NCBI GenBank assembly: GCA_963740315.1
Contig: CAVUDP010000002.1
Location: forward strand, 3,776,001 to 3,840,000
DNA: 64,000 bases
Source: an uncultured cyanobacterium
GTDB taxonomy: Bacteria; Cyanobacteriota; Cyanobacteriia; Cyanobacteriales; Nostocaceae
Reading direction: 5' to 3'
Positions 33,623 to 43,768 of the stretch are shown piece after piece. Position numbers and translations under genes: made by a program. The notes beneath the pieces were generated by a model, which did not search any database, was not told where the DNA came from, and was given only the letters and a program-made list of their open reading frames with translations. Position 1 is the first letter of the stretch. Each line of letters starts with the position of its first letter.

Positions 33623-33880
33623 ATGCATCTTCCCGTTTTAGAAAATCTACCTTTGTTGAAGAATTTACCTTTTATAAACAACTCAAATACACCTTACTGG
33701 GTAAAAATTAGAACGGCTCAACCCAAATGTATTTATTTTTTTGGTCCCTTTGATAATCCTCAAGAAGCTAAACTTAATCAAAATGGTTATATCGAAGATT
33801 TAATCTCAGAACAAGCTTCAGGAATCTATGTTGAAATTAAGAAGTGTAAACCGAATATTTTGACTGTCTATGAGGAATAA
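33623..33880 (+). CDS. DUF1816-like small protein
   Basis: WVKIRTAQPKCIYFFGPF...GYIEDLISE. Confidence 0.75.
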   Translation: MHLPVLENLPLLKNLPFINNSNTPYWVKIRTAQPKCIYFFGPFDNPQEAKLNQNGYIEDLISEQASGIYVEIKKCKPNILTVYEE

Positions 33881-33912
33881 TGACTCGGTAGAGATGTAGA
33901 AATAATAATGTA

Positions 33913-33934
33913 GAGACGTTATACATAACGTCTC
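33913..33934. repeat. Palindromic dispersed repeat
   Basis: GAGACGTTAT-AC-ATAACGTCTC with the same AATAATGTAGAGACGTT lead-in as the 24069 copy. Confidence 0.7.
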
Positions 33935-34465
33935 CCGACGGTTGCGGAAAAACGAACCATTCAGAATTTATGCAATCGACTACTAGTACTCCACCGTATT
34001 AATTTTACGGGGTAATCAAGGTTCGTAGTTGCGGCTTTGCTAACAGCGCCTCATTTTATCGCATCAGGAGTGGCTGAAGCTAGGCTGTTGAGTTTGTGAG
34101 GAATTAGCCCAATTTTATTCATACCTTAGATGTATTTACAAATATTACTTATACCAAAGAGTAAGAGTTTTGATACAAATCAAAATATTTTATAGACTTC
34201 TTTTTGATATTTAGATATGATCCAAAATGGAAACCGTAAATGCTTCTACGTATTTTTTTTTGGGGGGGGGTAGCAGGTATTACTTAATGCATATTTATTG
34301 AGTTTCCCTAGATTCCTCCGATTGATCAAAATATTTCTAGCATCCGGTTGAAAACACAGCTTGCTATTTGTAGGTAAGTAAAAAAAAGATTCTTGAGCGA
34401 CAGGAAGCTATCTTAAATTACCTCAACAATTACTTGAATGAAAACCGATTCATTTAACTATTGCT

Positions 34466-36703
34466 ATGAAAATACCTGCCCAAAATTACACCAATTCCTT
34501 AGAAGAAAAACCCCAAGATCGATCCCTTGCTGATTTTACTTCTTTAGAAAAAATTATCGACTCTAACCCTTTGATAGTGACTCCTTCGATGCAACTCGCA
34601 GAAGTCATTCACCTCATGAGTCAGCATTGGGTTACTAGTTGTCAGATGTCAGAAACTGATAGCAATGATAATGATAGCTTACTAAGTTCATCTCCTGTAA
34701 GTTGCGCTTTAGTAGTCTTAGAAAATCAACTGCAAGGCATTTTTACCGAACGAGATTTGGTAAAATTGATTTCCAATGATGAAAAAATCGCAGGTGTAAC
34801 TGTAGCCGAGGTAATGACTCAGCAAGTAATTACCTTGAAAAGAAACGAATTTGGAGACGTTTTTACTACGATTAAATTAATGCGTCGGCATCAAATTCGC
34901 CATCTGCCAGTAGTCGATCAAAACAATTCTCTCGTGGGATTGGTGACAACAACAAAATTGCGGCAGATGGTGCAACCAAGCGATTTACTGAGATTTCGCC
35001 AAGTTGCTGAGGTAATGAATACAGAAGTTGTTCATGCACCTCCAACAGCATCAATAAAGTACATAACCCTATTGATGGCTCAACACAAAATTAGTTGTGT
35101 GGTAATTGTAGAAGAATTGAGCAATAGGCAAGGGAATAAAAAAATATTAGATTCTCCCCCTCTCTCCCCTATCGGCGTTATCACCGAGCGGGATATCGTT
35201 CAATTTCAGAAATTGGGGTTGAGTTTTGAGACACAAGCGCAAACGGTTATGAGTACGCCGCTAATTTTGGTAAATCCGTCGGATTCCTTATTGAAAGTAA
35301 ACCAGCAAATGCGTTCTCGTCGAGTACGACGATTGGTAGTAGCTGACGAGCAAGGCTCGCTAAAAGGAATAATTACCCAAAGTCAAATTTTGAAGATGTT
35401 AGATCCCGTGGAAATGTACGGGGTTGTGGAACTGCTACAGAATAAAGTCAACCAGCTACAGGCAGAAAAAATAGAGTTGTTGCAGCGTCAATCTTTAGAA
35501 ATGCAACAGCGAGCAGAAGCCCGATATGATTCTATAAATACAGAAAAAAAACAGCTTGAAAAGCAATATTACCACGCCCAACGTTTAGAAAGTATTGCGA
35601 CTTTAGCTAGCGGTGTTGCTCATGACCTCAACAATATTTTTACGCCAATTTTGGCAACTGCTCAACTTTTACCTTTAAAATTACCCGATGCTGACAAGGA
35701 AACGAAATATTTAATTGATTTGTTACAAAACAGCGTACAAAGGGGGACAGCTTTAGTCAAACAAATTTTATCCTTCTCGCGAGGAGTTGAAAATAAGTTC
35801 GTTGTTTTCCAAGTCAGGCACGTATTAAGAGAAATTCAACAGGTTATTCAAGAAACCTTTCCCAAATCAATTGAAATCCAAACTGATTTTTCTCAAGAAT
35901 TATGGACTATTTACGGAGATGCAACACAGATACATCAAATACTAATAAATCTCTGTATAAATTCGCGAGACGCGATGGCTGATGGTGGTACGCTAAAAAC
36001 CTCCGCTGAAAATCTAGCAATTGATGAAACCTATGCTCAAATCCATGATGGAGCCGAACCGGGAAATTATATTGTAATTACAGTTTCCGATACGGGTGCT
36101 GGTATTCCTCCGGAAACATTAGAGCATATTTTTGAGCCATTTTTTACTACAAAAGAACAAGGTAAAGGTACGGGGTTAGGTCTTTCTACAGTAATAGGTA
36201 TTGTTAAAAATTATGGCGGTTTTGTAAATGTTGATAGCGATGAAGAAGGAACTTGTTTCAAAGTCTATCTCAAAGCATCGCAAGCAGTTGAAATATCTCA
36301 AGAAAATTATTCTCAAATACCGAGAGGTAATGGAGAAAAGATTTTGGTGGTTGACGACGAAGCCTTAATTCGTGACGTTACCAAAATTTGTTTAGAAAAA
36401 TATGGTTATCAAGTATTAACCGCTATTGATGGAATTGATGCACTTGCTGTATATGCTCAAAATATTAAAGAAATTCGGCTTATTTTAATAGATATGATGA
36501 TGCCATTAATGGATGGTGCAAGAGCTATTAAAACATTAAAAAAACTGAATCCAAAAGTAAAAATTATTATGATGAGTGGCTCTACGTCAAATAACGAGAA
36601 AGCTTTAGAAGATATTCCTATGGAAGCATTTTTACACAAGCCTTACACCGCAGAAGAAATGTTAACCACGGTGAATAATGTTCTGAATGCATCTGGGGAG
36701 TAG
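34466..36703 (+). CDS. Hybrid histidine kinase: 4xCBS-HisKA-HATPase-receiver
   Basis: GIFTERD and GVITERD CBS motifs, AHDLNN H-box, GTGLGLS, LVVDDE and LIDMMMP. Confidence 0.93.
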   Translation: MKIPAQNYTNSLEEKPQDRSLADFTSLEKIIDSNPLIVTPSMQLAEVIHLMSQHWVTSCQMSETDSNDNDSLLSSSPVSCALVVLENQLQGIFTERDLVKLISNDEKIAGVTVAEVMTQQVITLKRNEFGDVFTTIKLMRRHQIRHLPVVDQNNSLVGLVTTTKLRQMVQPSDLLRFRQVAEVMNTEVVHAPPTASIKYITLLMAQHKISCVVIVEELSNRQGNKKILDSPPLSPIGVITERDIVQFQKLGLSFETQAQTVMSTPLILVNPSDSLLKVNQQMRSRRVRRLVVADEQGSLKGIITQSQILKMLDPVEMYGVVELLQNKVNQLQAEKIELLQRQSLEMQQRAEARYDSINTEKKQLEKQYYHAQRLESIATLASGVAHDLNNIFTPILATAQLLPLKLPDADKETKYLIDLLQNSVQRGTALVKQILSFSRGVENKFVVFQVRHVLREIQQVIQETFPKSIEIQTDFSQELWTIYGDATQIHQILINLCINSRDAMADGGTLKTSAENLAIDETYAQIHDGAEPGNYIVITVSDTGAGIPPETLEHIFEPFFTTKEQGKGTGLGLSTVIGIVKNYGGFVNVDSDEEGTCFKVYLKASQAVEISQENYSQIPRGNGEKILVVDDEALIRDVTKICLEKYGYQVLTAIDGIDALAVYAQNIKEIRLILIDMMMPLMDGARAIKTLKKLNPKVKIIMMSGSTSNNEKALEDIPMEAFLHKPYTAEEMLTTVNNVLNASGE

Positions 36704-37114
36704 AGGATGGGGCATTGGGTATTGGGCATTGGGCATGAAGGAATTTATACTCAAAAGAGTATTTGAATTAAATTAATAAAAAAATAAGTGCAAAGAATAT
36801 ATTACTAGAATCGCCATTAGCCCCCAGCCAAAGCAATAAACAAAAATATTCTTCACACTTATATGAATGCAAGGAACTCGTAAAAGCAGTATACACAAGC
36901 TAAATTCAGCCCTGATAGAAATTTAAGAAACTAAGAGATTATTGCTCTTTTAATTACACTCTGTATGTGAATTTATACAAACTAGAATTGACATCAGAGT
37001 GTAAAGCATATTTTCACAAACTAGTATCGCTAAGAATAGCAAGATTAACTTATTATTAATAGAGATAGCAGCATTTCAAGAGCAAGGTAGAAGTTTCTTA
37101 ATTACTACAAATAG

Positions 37115-37146
37115 AAACTACTTCATAAATATGAGGAAGTTGTGAG
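37115..37146 (-). promoter_or_regulatory. CTCA-box promoter 7 (orphan, points away from atpG)
   Basis: CTCACAACTTCCTCATATT + 7 nt + TAGTTT. Confidence 0.75.
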
Positions 37147-37236
37147 GGAAACCAGAAATTTGAAAAAAAACGAATCAAATTTAAAATTAATTTTTCAAAT
37201 CAATTATTTCTACGAAACAGTTAACAAAAATCAATT

Positions 37237-38142
37237 ATGAAAAGTTTAGAAGCATTAACAGCAGAAATTCAAAGTATCGAAGACTTGCAATCTGTTGTCA
37301 AAACGATGAAAGCATTGGCAATGGTAAGCATTCGTCAATATGAGACAGCAGTAGCAGCACTGACAGACTATAACCGCACCGTGGAAATGGGGTTACAAAT
37401 TTTGCTTCGCCATCGGTACTTTAGCGAACAACCGATTATGCTACCGCAAGGTTTCACAAATCATAAAAAAAATCAAACCCTGGGTGTAATTATATTTGGT
37501 TCAGACCACGGTTTATGCGGTCAATTTAACGAGCAGATTGCATCTTACGCTCTCGAACAAATCAACCAACAAGCAGATAAACCACAGAATATTATTGTTG
37601 CAACAGTTGGCGATCGCCTAATTCCTTACTTAGAAGCAGCAAAACAACCAGTATCCGAACAATTCAATTTACCCAATTCCGTCACTGTAATTACACCGAT
37701 GGTACAGGAAATGCTGTTAACGATTGAAAGCTGGCAATTTTCTTCATTTGACCAAATAATTCTTTTTTACAATAAATCTTTATCTAGCGCATCATACCGT
37801 CCGCAAAGCGTGCAGCTTCTACCCATGAATCCTCAATGGTTGCAGCGCTTGGAAAAACAAGCATGGCATGGAGAAGGGCTACCAAACTTTACCATGAATT
37901 GGGATGATTTATTTTCAGCCTTAGTTCGTCAATATCTTTTTGTGTCTTTATACCGAGCATTTGCAGAATCCCTCAAAAGTGAAAATAACAGTCGTCTTTC
38001 CTCCATGCAAGCAGCACAGAAGAATATAGAAGAACGTTTAACCGAACTAAACTCACAATATCGTCATCAACGACAAACTTCCATCACTTCGGAACTTCTT
38101 GATATTGTCTCCGGGTTTGAAGCTCTAAATTCGAGGGAATAG
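37237..38142 (+). CDS. atpG: N-ATPase gamma subunit
   Basis: VVKTMKALA, GSDHGLCGQFN and RQTSITSELLDIVSG. Confidence 0.96.
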   Translation: MKSLEALTAEIQSIEDLQSVVKTMKALAMVSIRQYETAVAALTDYNRTVEMGLQILLRHRYFSEQPIMLPQGFTNHKKNQTLGVIIFGSDHGLCGQFNEQIASYALEQINQQADKPQNIIVATVGDRLIPYLEAAKQPVSEQFNLPNSVTVITPMVQEMLLTIESWQFSSFDQIILFYNKSLSSASYRPQSVQLLPMNPQWLQRLEKQAWHGEGLPNFTMNWDDLFSALVRQYLFVSLYRAFAESLKSENNSRLSSMQAAQKNIEERLTELNSQYRHQRQTSITSELLDIVSGFEALNSRE

Positions 38143-38265
38143 AAGATGGGGAAGAAGTGGAGAGGGGGAAGAGGGGGAAGAAAAATTAATAATTCCTAAC
38201 TCCTAACTCATAACTCCTCACTCCTAACTATTTACCATGCCCTATGCCCAATGCCCGATGCCCCT
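38140..38265. repeat. STRR arrays
   Basis: GAGGGGGAA 9-mers, (CTCCTAA)n and (ATGCCCN)n. Confidence 0.75.
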
Positions 38266-38268
38266 TTC

Positions 38269-38300
38269 TTCACAACTTCCTCAAATTAATTGCTTAGCTT
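38269..38300 (+). promoter_or_regulatory. CTCA-box promoter 8
   Basis: TTCACAACTTCCTCAAATT + 7 nt + TAGCTT. Confidence 0.85.
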
Positions 38301-38343
38301 GGAAATAGAAAGACAATAATTGCTTTGGAGTTAGGGGGTTTTT

Positions 38344-38928
38344 ATGAAAACAATACGATGCCCTGCATTACTAATCTATGTATTTGCTTTTGCATTATCC
38401 TTACAACTTTTAACAGGTTGCAGTTCTTTCATTCTACCTTCAGAAAAGTTGTTTTTATCTTCTAATTCTATCGATGTAACCCCAAAAATATCGCAAGTTC
38501 ATCATAAATTTTCCGAAAATATAGCTCCAAATAAATGTCCGCAAAGGTTCTATGAAAATTACAATGATATAATCTACAACCTTGAAACTGTAGAAACAAT
38601 TAAAGGGGAAGTTTTGAGTGTAGATTCTGTTGGTAATGGTATGAGTCTACAGGTAAAAACAGATGAAGAAACTATTCCCGTTCATTTAGCACCAGCTTGG
38701 TATATCAAAAATCAAGATATCGAAATCAACCCAAACGAGACAGTAGAAATTAAAGGTTCTAGAATCAACTTTAATGGAGAAACTGCTATTCTTGCGGCTG
38801 AAATAACCAAAGGCGATACAACATTTAAGTTACGCGATGAAAATGGTTTTTCTCTATGGGGTGACAAAAAAGAACAGGAATCAGATTGGTTCTTAGATAT
38901 GTTTCCTTATCTGTGTGATGCAGAGTAA
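38344..38928 (+). CDS. Exported lipoprotein with probable OB-like beta domain (paralogue 1)
   Basis: Lipobox LTGC; YNLETVETIKGEV...VHLAPAWYI...VEIKGS...LRDENG. Confidence 0.75.
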   Translation: MKTIRCPALLIYVFAFALSLQLLTGCSSFILPSEKLFLSSNSIDVTPKISQVHHKFSENIAPNKCPQRFYENYNDIIYNLETVETIKGEVLSVDSVGNGMSLQVKTDEETIPVHLAPAWYIKNQDIEINPNETVEIKGSRINFNGETAILAAEITKGDTTFKLRDENGFSLWGDKKEQESDWFLDMFPYLCDAE

Positions 38929-38950
38929 ATAAAATACATTTACCTAAATC

Positions 38951-38982
38951 CTCATAACTTCCTCAAATTATTCTAGTAAATT
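38951..38982 (+). promoter_or_regulatory. CTCA-box promoter 9
   Basis: CTCATAACTTCCTCAAATT + 7 nt + TAAATT. Confidence 0.85.
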
Positions 38983-39052
38983 TGAGAATCATAGACAGTT
39001 CGATTTATTCGATCTGATAAAATAATGATTTTCAAAGAGGAGGGCAGACAAA

Positions 39053-39610
39053 ATGACAACTCAAGTATGTCCCAAATCCTTAATTTTTGTAAATGCTTTG
39101 TTTGCTTTAGCTGCAATCGGTTTTACTGTTTATAAAACACCCGCAAGCTTTATTTACGATCAAGTACTTTCTCCTGAAAATATCTTTAACCAAAGACCAA
39201 TTCCAGAAAAAATAAATCAATCTAAAGATTTTAGAGAGCATGGTGCTGGGTGGGGATATGGACGCTACGGAAGAATGTACAATGTTAAAACGGTAGAAAC
39301 TATTACGGGAACAGTCTTAAATGTAGATACATTTACCCCAACATCAGGAATGTCTAAGGGCGTAAATTTACAAGTCAAAACACAAAAAGGCACGATTCCC
39401 GTTCATTTAGGACCAGCTTGGTACATTGAAAACCAAGAAATTACCATTAAACCAGAAGATAAAGTTGAAATTAAAGGTTCCAAAACAAACTTTGCCCGAA
39501 AACCTGCAATTATTGCTGCTGAAGTTAAGAAAGGAAATATGACTTTAGTGCTACAGGATGAATATGGTTTTCCTGTGTGGAATGGTTGGAGAAGACATCA
39601 ATTTAATTGA
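39053..39610 (+). CDS. Exported protein with probable OB-like beta domain (paralogue 2)
   Basis: YNVKTVETITGTV...VHLGPAWYI...VEIKGS...LQDEYG. Confidence 0.75.
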   Translation: MTTQVCPKSLIFVNALFALAAIGFTVYKTPASFIYDQVLSPENIFNQRPIPEKINQSKDFREHGAGWGYGRYGRMYNVKTVETITGTVLNVDTFTPTSGMSKGVNLQVKTQKGTIPVHLGPAWYIENQEITIKPEDKVEIKGSKTNFARKPAIIAAEVKKGNMTLVLQDEYGFPVWNGWRRHQFN

Positions 39611-39612
39611 AT

Positions 39613-39711
39613 CTTACATCTTGCACCACTCGCAATTATCCTATCATTTCCGCGCTAGAATAAATTTCAAGGCGGGAATGTGGGCTTAAAAAGAATGGTA
39701 CAAGATATCAG
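39613..39711. repeat. Short MITE-like element with imperfect 16-bp terminal inverted repeats
   Basis: CTTACATCTTGCACCA ... TGGTACAAGATATCAG. Confidence 0.55.
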
Positions 39712-39766
39712 TTAAATCTAACTACCTTGCAATATTTCCTAAAAATTCATTCAATTTGGAGTAATC

Positions 39767-40351
39767 ATGGCTGCATCTGGATTCTTTCGTAAACTCCACC
39801 GTAAAACTGCTTTAATTATCTTCCTGCCCTTATTAATTAGTGCTTTGACGGGAATTTTTTACCGACTAGGAAAAAGTTGGTTTGGAATGTCAAATCAGCT
39901 AGGAAATATTTTCATGATCATTCATCAAGGAGAATATCTGGGAACTCCACTAGTACCAATTTACGTGCTTTTAGTTGGTTTGGGACTATTAGGCATGATT
40001 GTTACAGGTTTGAGCATGAGTGGAATATTTAGTCAAAATCATGCTTCTCAACCAAGAAAACTTAATGCTCGTAAAGTTCACCGTATACTTGCACCTATTA
40101 TATTTTTGCCTTTAACATTAAGTGCAGTAACAGGTGTAATTTATCGATTGGGAAAAAGCTGGTTTGGAATGTCCCCGCAGAATGCAGCAATTTTTCTGAG
40201 AATTCATCAAGGAAGTTATCTGGGGGATTTCTTTAAGCCAATTTATGTTTTGTTGGTAGGTTTGGGATTAATAGTCATGCTGATTACAGGAATAAACCAG
40301 ACAAGAATATTTCGTCAGCCTCGTCACCCGTCACAGGATATTGAGACTTAA
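39767..40351 (+). CDS. PepSY-associated TM helix protein with internal duplication
   Basis: Two repeats of RKxHR..LPL..SA.TG..YRLGKSWFG..IHQG.YLG. Confidence 0.8.
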   Translation: MAASGFFRKLHRKTALIIFLPLLISALTGIFYRLGKSWFGMSNQLGNIFMIIHQGEYLGTPLVPIYVLLVGLGLLGMIVTGLSMSGIFSQNHASQPRKLNARKVHRILAPIIFLPLTLSAVTGVIYRLGKSWFGMSPQNAAIFLRIHQGSYLGDFFKPIYVLLVGLGLIVMLITGINQTRIFRQPRHPSQDIET

Positions 40352-40381
40352 CCTATAACAGTTTTGTTAATCACCATTTTC

Positions 40382-40413
40382 CTCATAAGTTCCTCAAATT
40401 GTTTTCCTAAGTT
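40382..40413 (+). promoter_or_regulatory. CTCA-box promoter 10 (persulfide dioxygenase-rhodanese)
   Basis: CTCATAAGTTCCTCAAATT + 7 nt + TAAGTT. Confidence 0.85.
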
Positions 40414-40469
40414 GTAATTATATAGAATAGTGATGGCTACCCATATGAACCATACAGGAGAATTGCATC

Positions 40470-41162
40470 ATGCTATTTCGCCAACTATTTGATGCCCAAA
40501 CCTCAACTTATACCTACCTGATAGCCGATGAGTTAACGAAAGAAGCGGTATTAGTTGACCCTGTTCTAGAACAGGTAGAGCGAGATTATAAATTGATTCA
40601 AGAGTTGGGTTTTACTCTAGAATGCTGTTTAGAAACCCACGTACATGCCGACCATATCACGGGTACTGACAAACTTCGTCAACTTACAGGTTGTCTGGGT
40701 GTAGTTCCGGAACACTCAACCGCAGCTTGTGCAGATGTCAGAATTAAAGCAGGTAATAGTATCGGAGTTGGGAAAGTCAATATTAAGGCGATCGCAACTC
40801 CCGGTCATACAAGCTGCCACATGGCATATTTAGTCAATCAAGACCGGGTATTAACTGGAGATGCGCTGTTTATTCGCGGTTGCGGTCGTACCGATTTTCA
40901 AAATGGTGATGCAGGTACTTTATACGATTCAGTAACACAGAACTTGTTTACTCTACCTCCAGAAACATTAGTTTATCCAGCCCACGACTACAGAGGACAC
41001 ACTGTTTCCACCATCGCTGAAGAAAAACAATTTAATCCTCGGTTTGCAGGACGTAACCGTGAAGAATTTATCGAATTAATGAACAATTTAGACCTTCCAA
41101 ATCCGAAAAAAATCATGGAAGCAGTTCCAGCTAATCAGCTATGCGGTAAGGTTGGAGCGTGA
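40470..41162 (+). CDS. ETHE1-type persulfide dioxygenase (MBL fold)
   Basis: FRQLFD, THVHADHITG, TPGHT, RGCGRTDFQ, PAHDY, NPR and AVPAN.CG motifs. Confidence 0.9.
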   Translation: MLFRQLFDAQTSTYTYLIADELTKEAVLVDPVLEQVERDYKLIQELGFTLECCLETHVHADHITGTDKLRQLTGCLGVVPEHSTAACADVRIKAGNSIGVGKVNIKAIATPGHTSCHMAYLVNQDRVLTGDALFIRGCGRTDFQNGDAGTLYDSVTQNLFTLPPETLVYPAHDYRGHTVSTIAEEKQFNPRFAGRNREEFIELMNNLDLPNPKKIMEAVPANQLCGKVGA

Positions 41163-41326
41163 GGGAGATGGGGTTTAGGGGGGATGGGGTTTGGGGGAGA
41201 TGGGGAGAAGAATTATTAATTGCTCCTGACAACTAACCACTAACAACTAACAACTAACAACTAACTAATTCTCAACTCTCAACTGGTAACTGGTAACTGG
41301 TAACTGGTAACTGGTAACTGGTAACT
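41161..41326. repeat. STRR arrays
   Basis: G-rich GGGGATGGGG units, (ACTAACA)n and about six copies of ACTGGTA. Confidence 0.85.
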
Positions 41327-41329
41327 AAA

Positions 41330-41929
41330 ATGAGTATTTATCAATTTAAACAAGGATATATCATCATGACAAGCTTTGTTGAAAACAAACTGCAAGAAGT
41401 TGATGCTGCTACGCTCAAGCAATTGATGGAAGAAGATGGAGCATTATTAATTGATGTTAGGGAAAAAAATGAATTTGCAACAGAACATATCCCTGGTGCT
41501 AAATTAATGCCTCTTTCTCATTTTCATCCTAGAAAAATATCAAACGAAGCACATAGAAAGATTGTTTTACAATGTCAATCGGGTAATCGTTCGGCTAAAG
41601 CTGCCGATAAAATGTTCGCAGCGGGTTTTAAAGAAGTTATTCATGTAAAAGGAGGTTTACCAACTTGGAAAGCCGCTGGTTATCCTACTCAGAAGAATAA
41701 AAAAGCACCGATTAGTATGTTTCGTCAAGTTCAAATTGTAGCAGGTTCTTTAGTATTCTTCGGAACCGTTTTAGGTGCTTTTGTATCTCCTTGGTTTCTC
41801 ATTCTCAGTGGTTTTGTAGGTGCTGGTTTAGTATTTGCTGGAATCACAGATACTTGCGCGATGGCACTGTTACTAGCTAAACTACCTTACAACCAACCCG
41901 AAGTTGACCCCGAAGATATGCTGGTTTAG
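41330..41929 (+). CDS. Rhodanese domain plus DUF2892 membrane protein (YgaP-like); start may be 41366
   Basis: IDVRE, active loop CQSGNRS, RQVQIVAG and C.MA.LLAKLPYN. Confidence 0.9.
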   Translation: MSIYQFKQGYIIMTSFVENKLQEVDAATLKQLMEEDGALLIDVREKNEFATEHIPGAKLMPLSHFHPRKISNEAHRKIVLQCQSGNRSAKAADKMFAAGFKEVIHVKGGLPTWKAAGYPTQKNKKAPISMFRQVQIVAGSLVFFGTVLGAFVSPWFLILSGFVGAGLVFAGITDTCAMALLLAKLPYNQPEVDPEDMLV

Positions 41930-41974
41930 CTTTTAAACTTATCCCACCCAATTTATCAGTGGGACTCTATGTAC

Positions 41975-42000
41975 ATGGGCAATTACAGCAAACTGCCCAT
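41975..42000. terminator. Hairpin between convergent genes
   Basis: ATGGGCA...TGCCCAT. Confidence 0.45.
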
Positions 42001-42003
42001 TGA

Positions 42004-43647
42004 TTAAAAATCAAAGGTTGTACGCATTATTCCCACGTACTGTGTATCATTATTGCTATTATTTTCTGGGTTAAAAATTACCCATAAACCTGGAGTTATT
42101 GAGATATTATCGTTGACCCGCCAGCGATAAAATGCTTCGATATGGTAAGCGTTATCGTTCTCTTCACGTACATCGCTCTTAGAAACGTGTGGTGGTATAC
42201 CAACGAGAATTCCTGGTAAGTTTCCTTTACCTCCGACATCAGGAAAGGAGACACCGATAGCCCCATACCAAGTATTAGCATTATCACCCTTGTTGACAAA
42301 AAGGGAATCCGTTCCACCTCTACCATTGGAAATATTACTAAAATTAGAGTTCTCAGCATTTGTCCAAATATATCCACCCCAAGCGTGAATTTGGAAATTC
42401 TGCGAAAAGCGGTAGTATCCTTGCGTGCCTAATATGTTGTTAGAAGTAGCAATATTATCTCCGAAGGGAGAACTTGCCAAACTGCTTCCAGTTCCACCTG
42501 TGAGACTAACTCTGCCACCAGGGGCATAGCCGTGAGAATAGGCAATACCAACAGCCCCTTGCTTGCCAGAATAGACTAAATGTGCTAAAGCATTGTAACC
42601 ACCATCAAATAAACCGTTTTTTAGACCAGGTGAATTCGGATTCTCTGCTAAATAACCTAGAGTCAACGTTAAATCGCGAGCAAGTTCCCAGTTAGCAGCC
42701 GCACCACCACCACCCCGACGAAAAAGAGGATTGTACGAACCAAATAGTGAAGGAATTCCATTACCGTCATCGGGGATAGTCGCAGGGGTAACAGTGCTGG
42801 TAATGTCGGTGTAGCCAATACCTGTGGGACCAACTACAAAGGAAAGGCGATCGCTTACCGGGAAATAGTAACGGATGTGGGGAATTGTTTGCTGATTGTC
42901 GATGTTAGTGTCGAAATTTAGGCGCGTCATTCCCGTCCCCGTAGCTGTAGCTATTTTACTCGTACCATCAGACTCTAAAAAGTTGCCGAATTCCAGACGG
43001 ACTCGTAGTAAATCTTTGCCTGTGAAACTACTCTCGAAGTTGATCCGACCGCGATTTCCAAAGATAGCCTGGGTTTGGTCGCTATCTTCACCGACTCCAT
43101 TACCAAAGGTATCGACAACTGCGGTAATAATTTGAGCATTCAGCCTGGTAGTAGTGGAAAACTGCTGTGCTTCTAGGGTTGCTGCACGTGCCTCTAGGTT
43201 ATCCACTCGTCCGCGTAGAGTTGCTAGTTCTGCTGCAAAGTCTGTTTGCAATTTTTGCAGCACAATCAAATCTTCCCGATTGACTATATTGCTGGTACTT
43301 GTGGCAATTAACTCATTAATCCTGTTCAAACAAGCATTTAAGCCTGCGGCAAATTCGTAACGACTCAAAGCGCGATCGCCACGATAAGTGGAGTTTGGAT
43401 AACCTGCAATGCAGCCATAGCGTTCAACTAAGGATTGCAGTGCCCCAAATGCCCAATCGGTTGGCTGTACATCAGAAAATTGTGAAACTGAAGTAACTTG
43501 TCCTTGTAAAGTGCGATTGTTTAAAGGTACTGCCAGAGATATTAAAGGAAAAAATAGAACCAGAAAAAAACTGGATAAAAAACTTTTTAATATTAAACTG
43601 TTTAAATGATGACACTGGTGTAACTGGTGTTCTCTAAAGATAGTCAT
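42004..43647 (-). CDS. Cyanobacterial SLH-domain OprB-type porin
   Basis: VTSVSQFSDVQPTDWAFGAL, RYEFAAGL, QFSTTT and C-terminal RTTFDF. Confidence 0.95.
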   Translation of the reverse strand: MTIFREHQLHQCHHLNSLILKSFLSSFFLVLFFPLISLAVPLNNRTLQGQVTSVSQFSDVQPTDWAFGALQSLVERYGCIAGYPNSTYRGDRALSRYEFAAGLNACLNRINELIATSTSNIVNREDLIVLQKLQTDFAAELATLRGRVDNLEARAATLEAQQFSTTTRLNAQIITAVVDTFGNGVGEDSDQTQAIFGNRGRINFESSFTGKDLLRVRLEFGNFLESDGTSKIATATGTGMTRLNFDTNIDNQQTIPHIRYYFPVSDRLSFVVGPTGIGYTDITSTVTPATIPDDGNGIPSLFGSYNPLFRRGGGGAAANWELARDLTLTLGYLAENPNSPGLKNGLFDGGYNALAHLVYSGKQGAVGIAYSHGYAPGGRVSLTGGTGSSLASSPFGDNIATSNNILGTQGYYRFSQNFQIHAWGGYIWTNAENSNFSNISNGRGGTDSLFVNKGDNANTWYGAIGVSFPDVGGKGNLPGILVGIPPHVSKSDVREENDNAYHIEAFYRWRVNDNISITPGLWVIFNPENNSNNDTQYVGIMRTTFDF

Positions 43648-43768
43648 AATCGAATCCTCTAGAAATAGATTGTAATGGCGGTTGTTTACTCTTAATTAAA
43701 ATTAATGAAAAGCAGAAGTAAATTATTTAAAAGTCCGCACGATAAAGCTTTTTTTTTCTGATGCTGTT

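Noticed and set aside
33983..34090. Possible MITE end (CTAGTACTCCACCGTATTAATTTTACGGGG)
   Set aside because: Only one small hairpin and no matching second end found in the window.
34250..34270. T9-G9 homopolymer run upstream of the CBS kinase as a phase-variation tract
   Set aside because: It is intergenic and cannot be placed in a defined promoter spacer, and there is no evidence of length variation.
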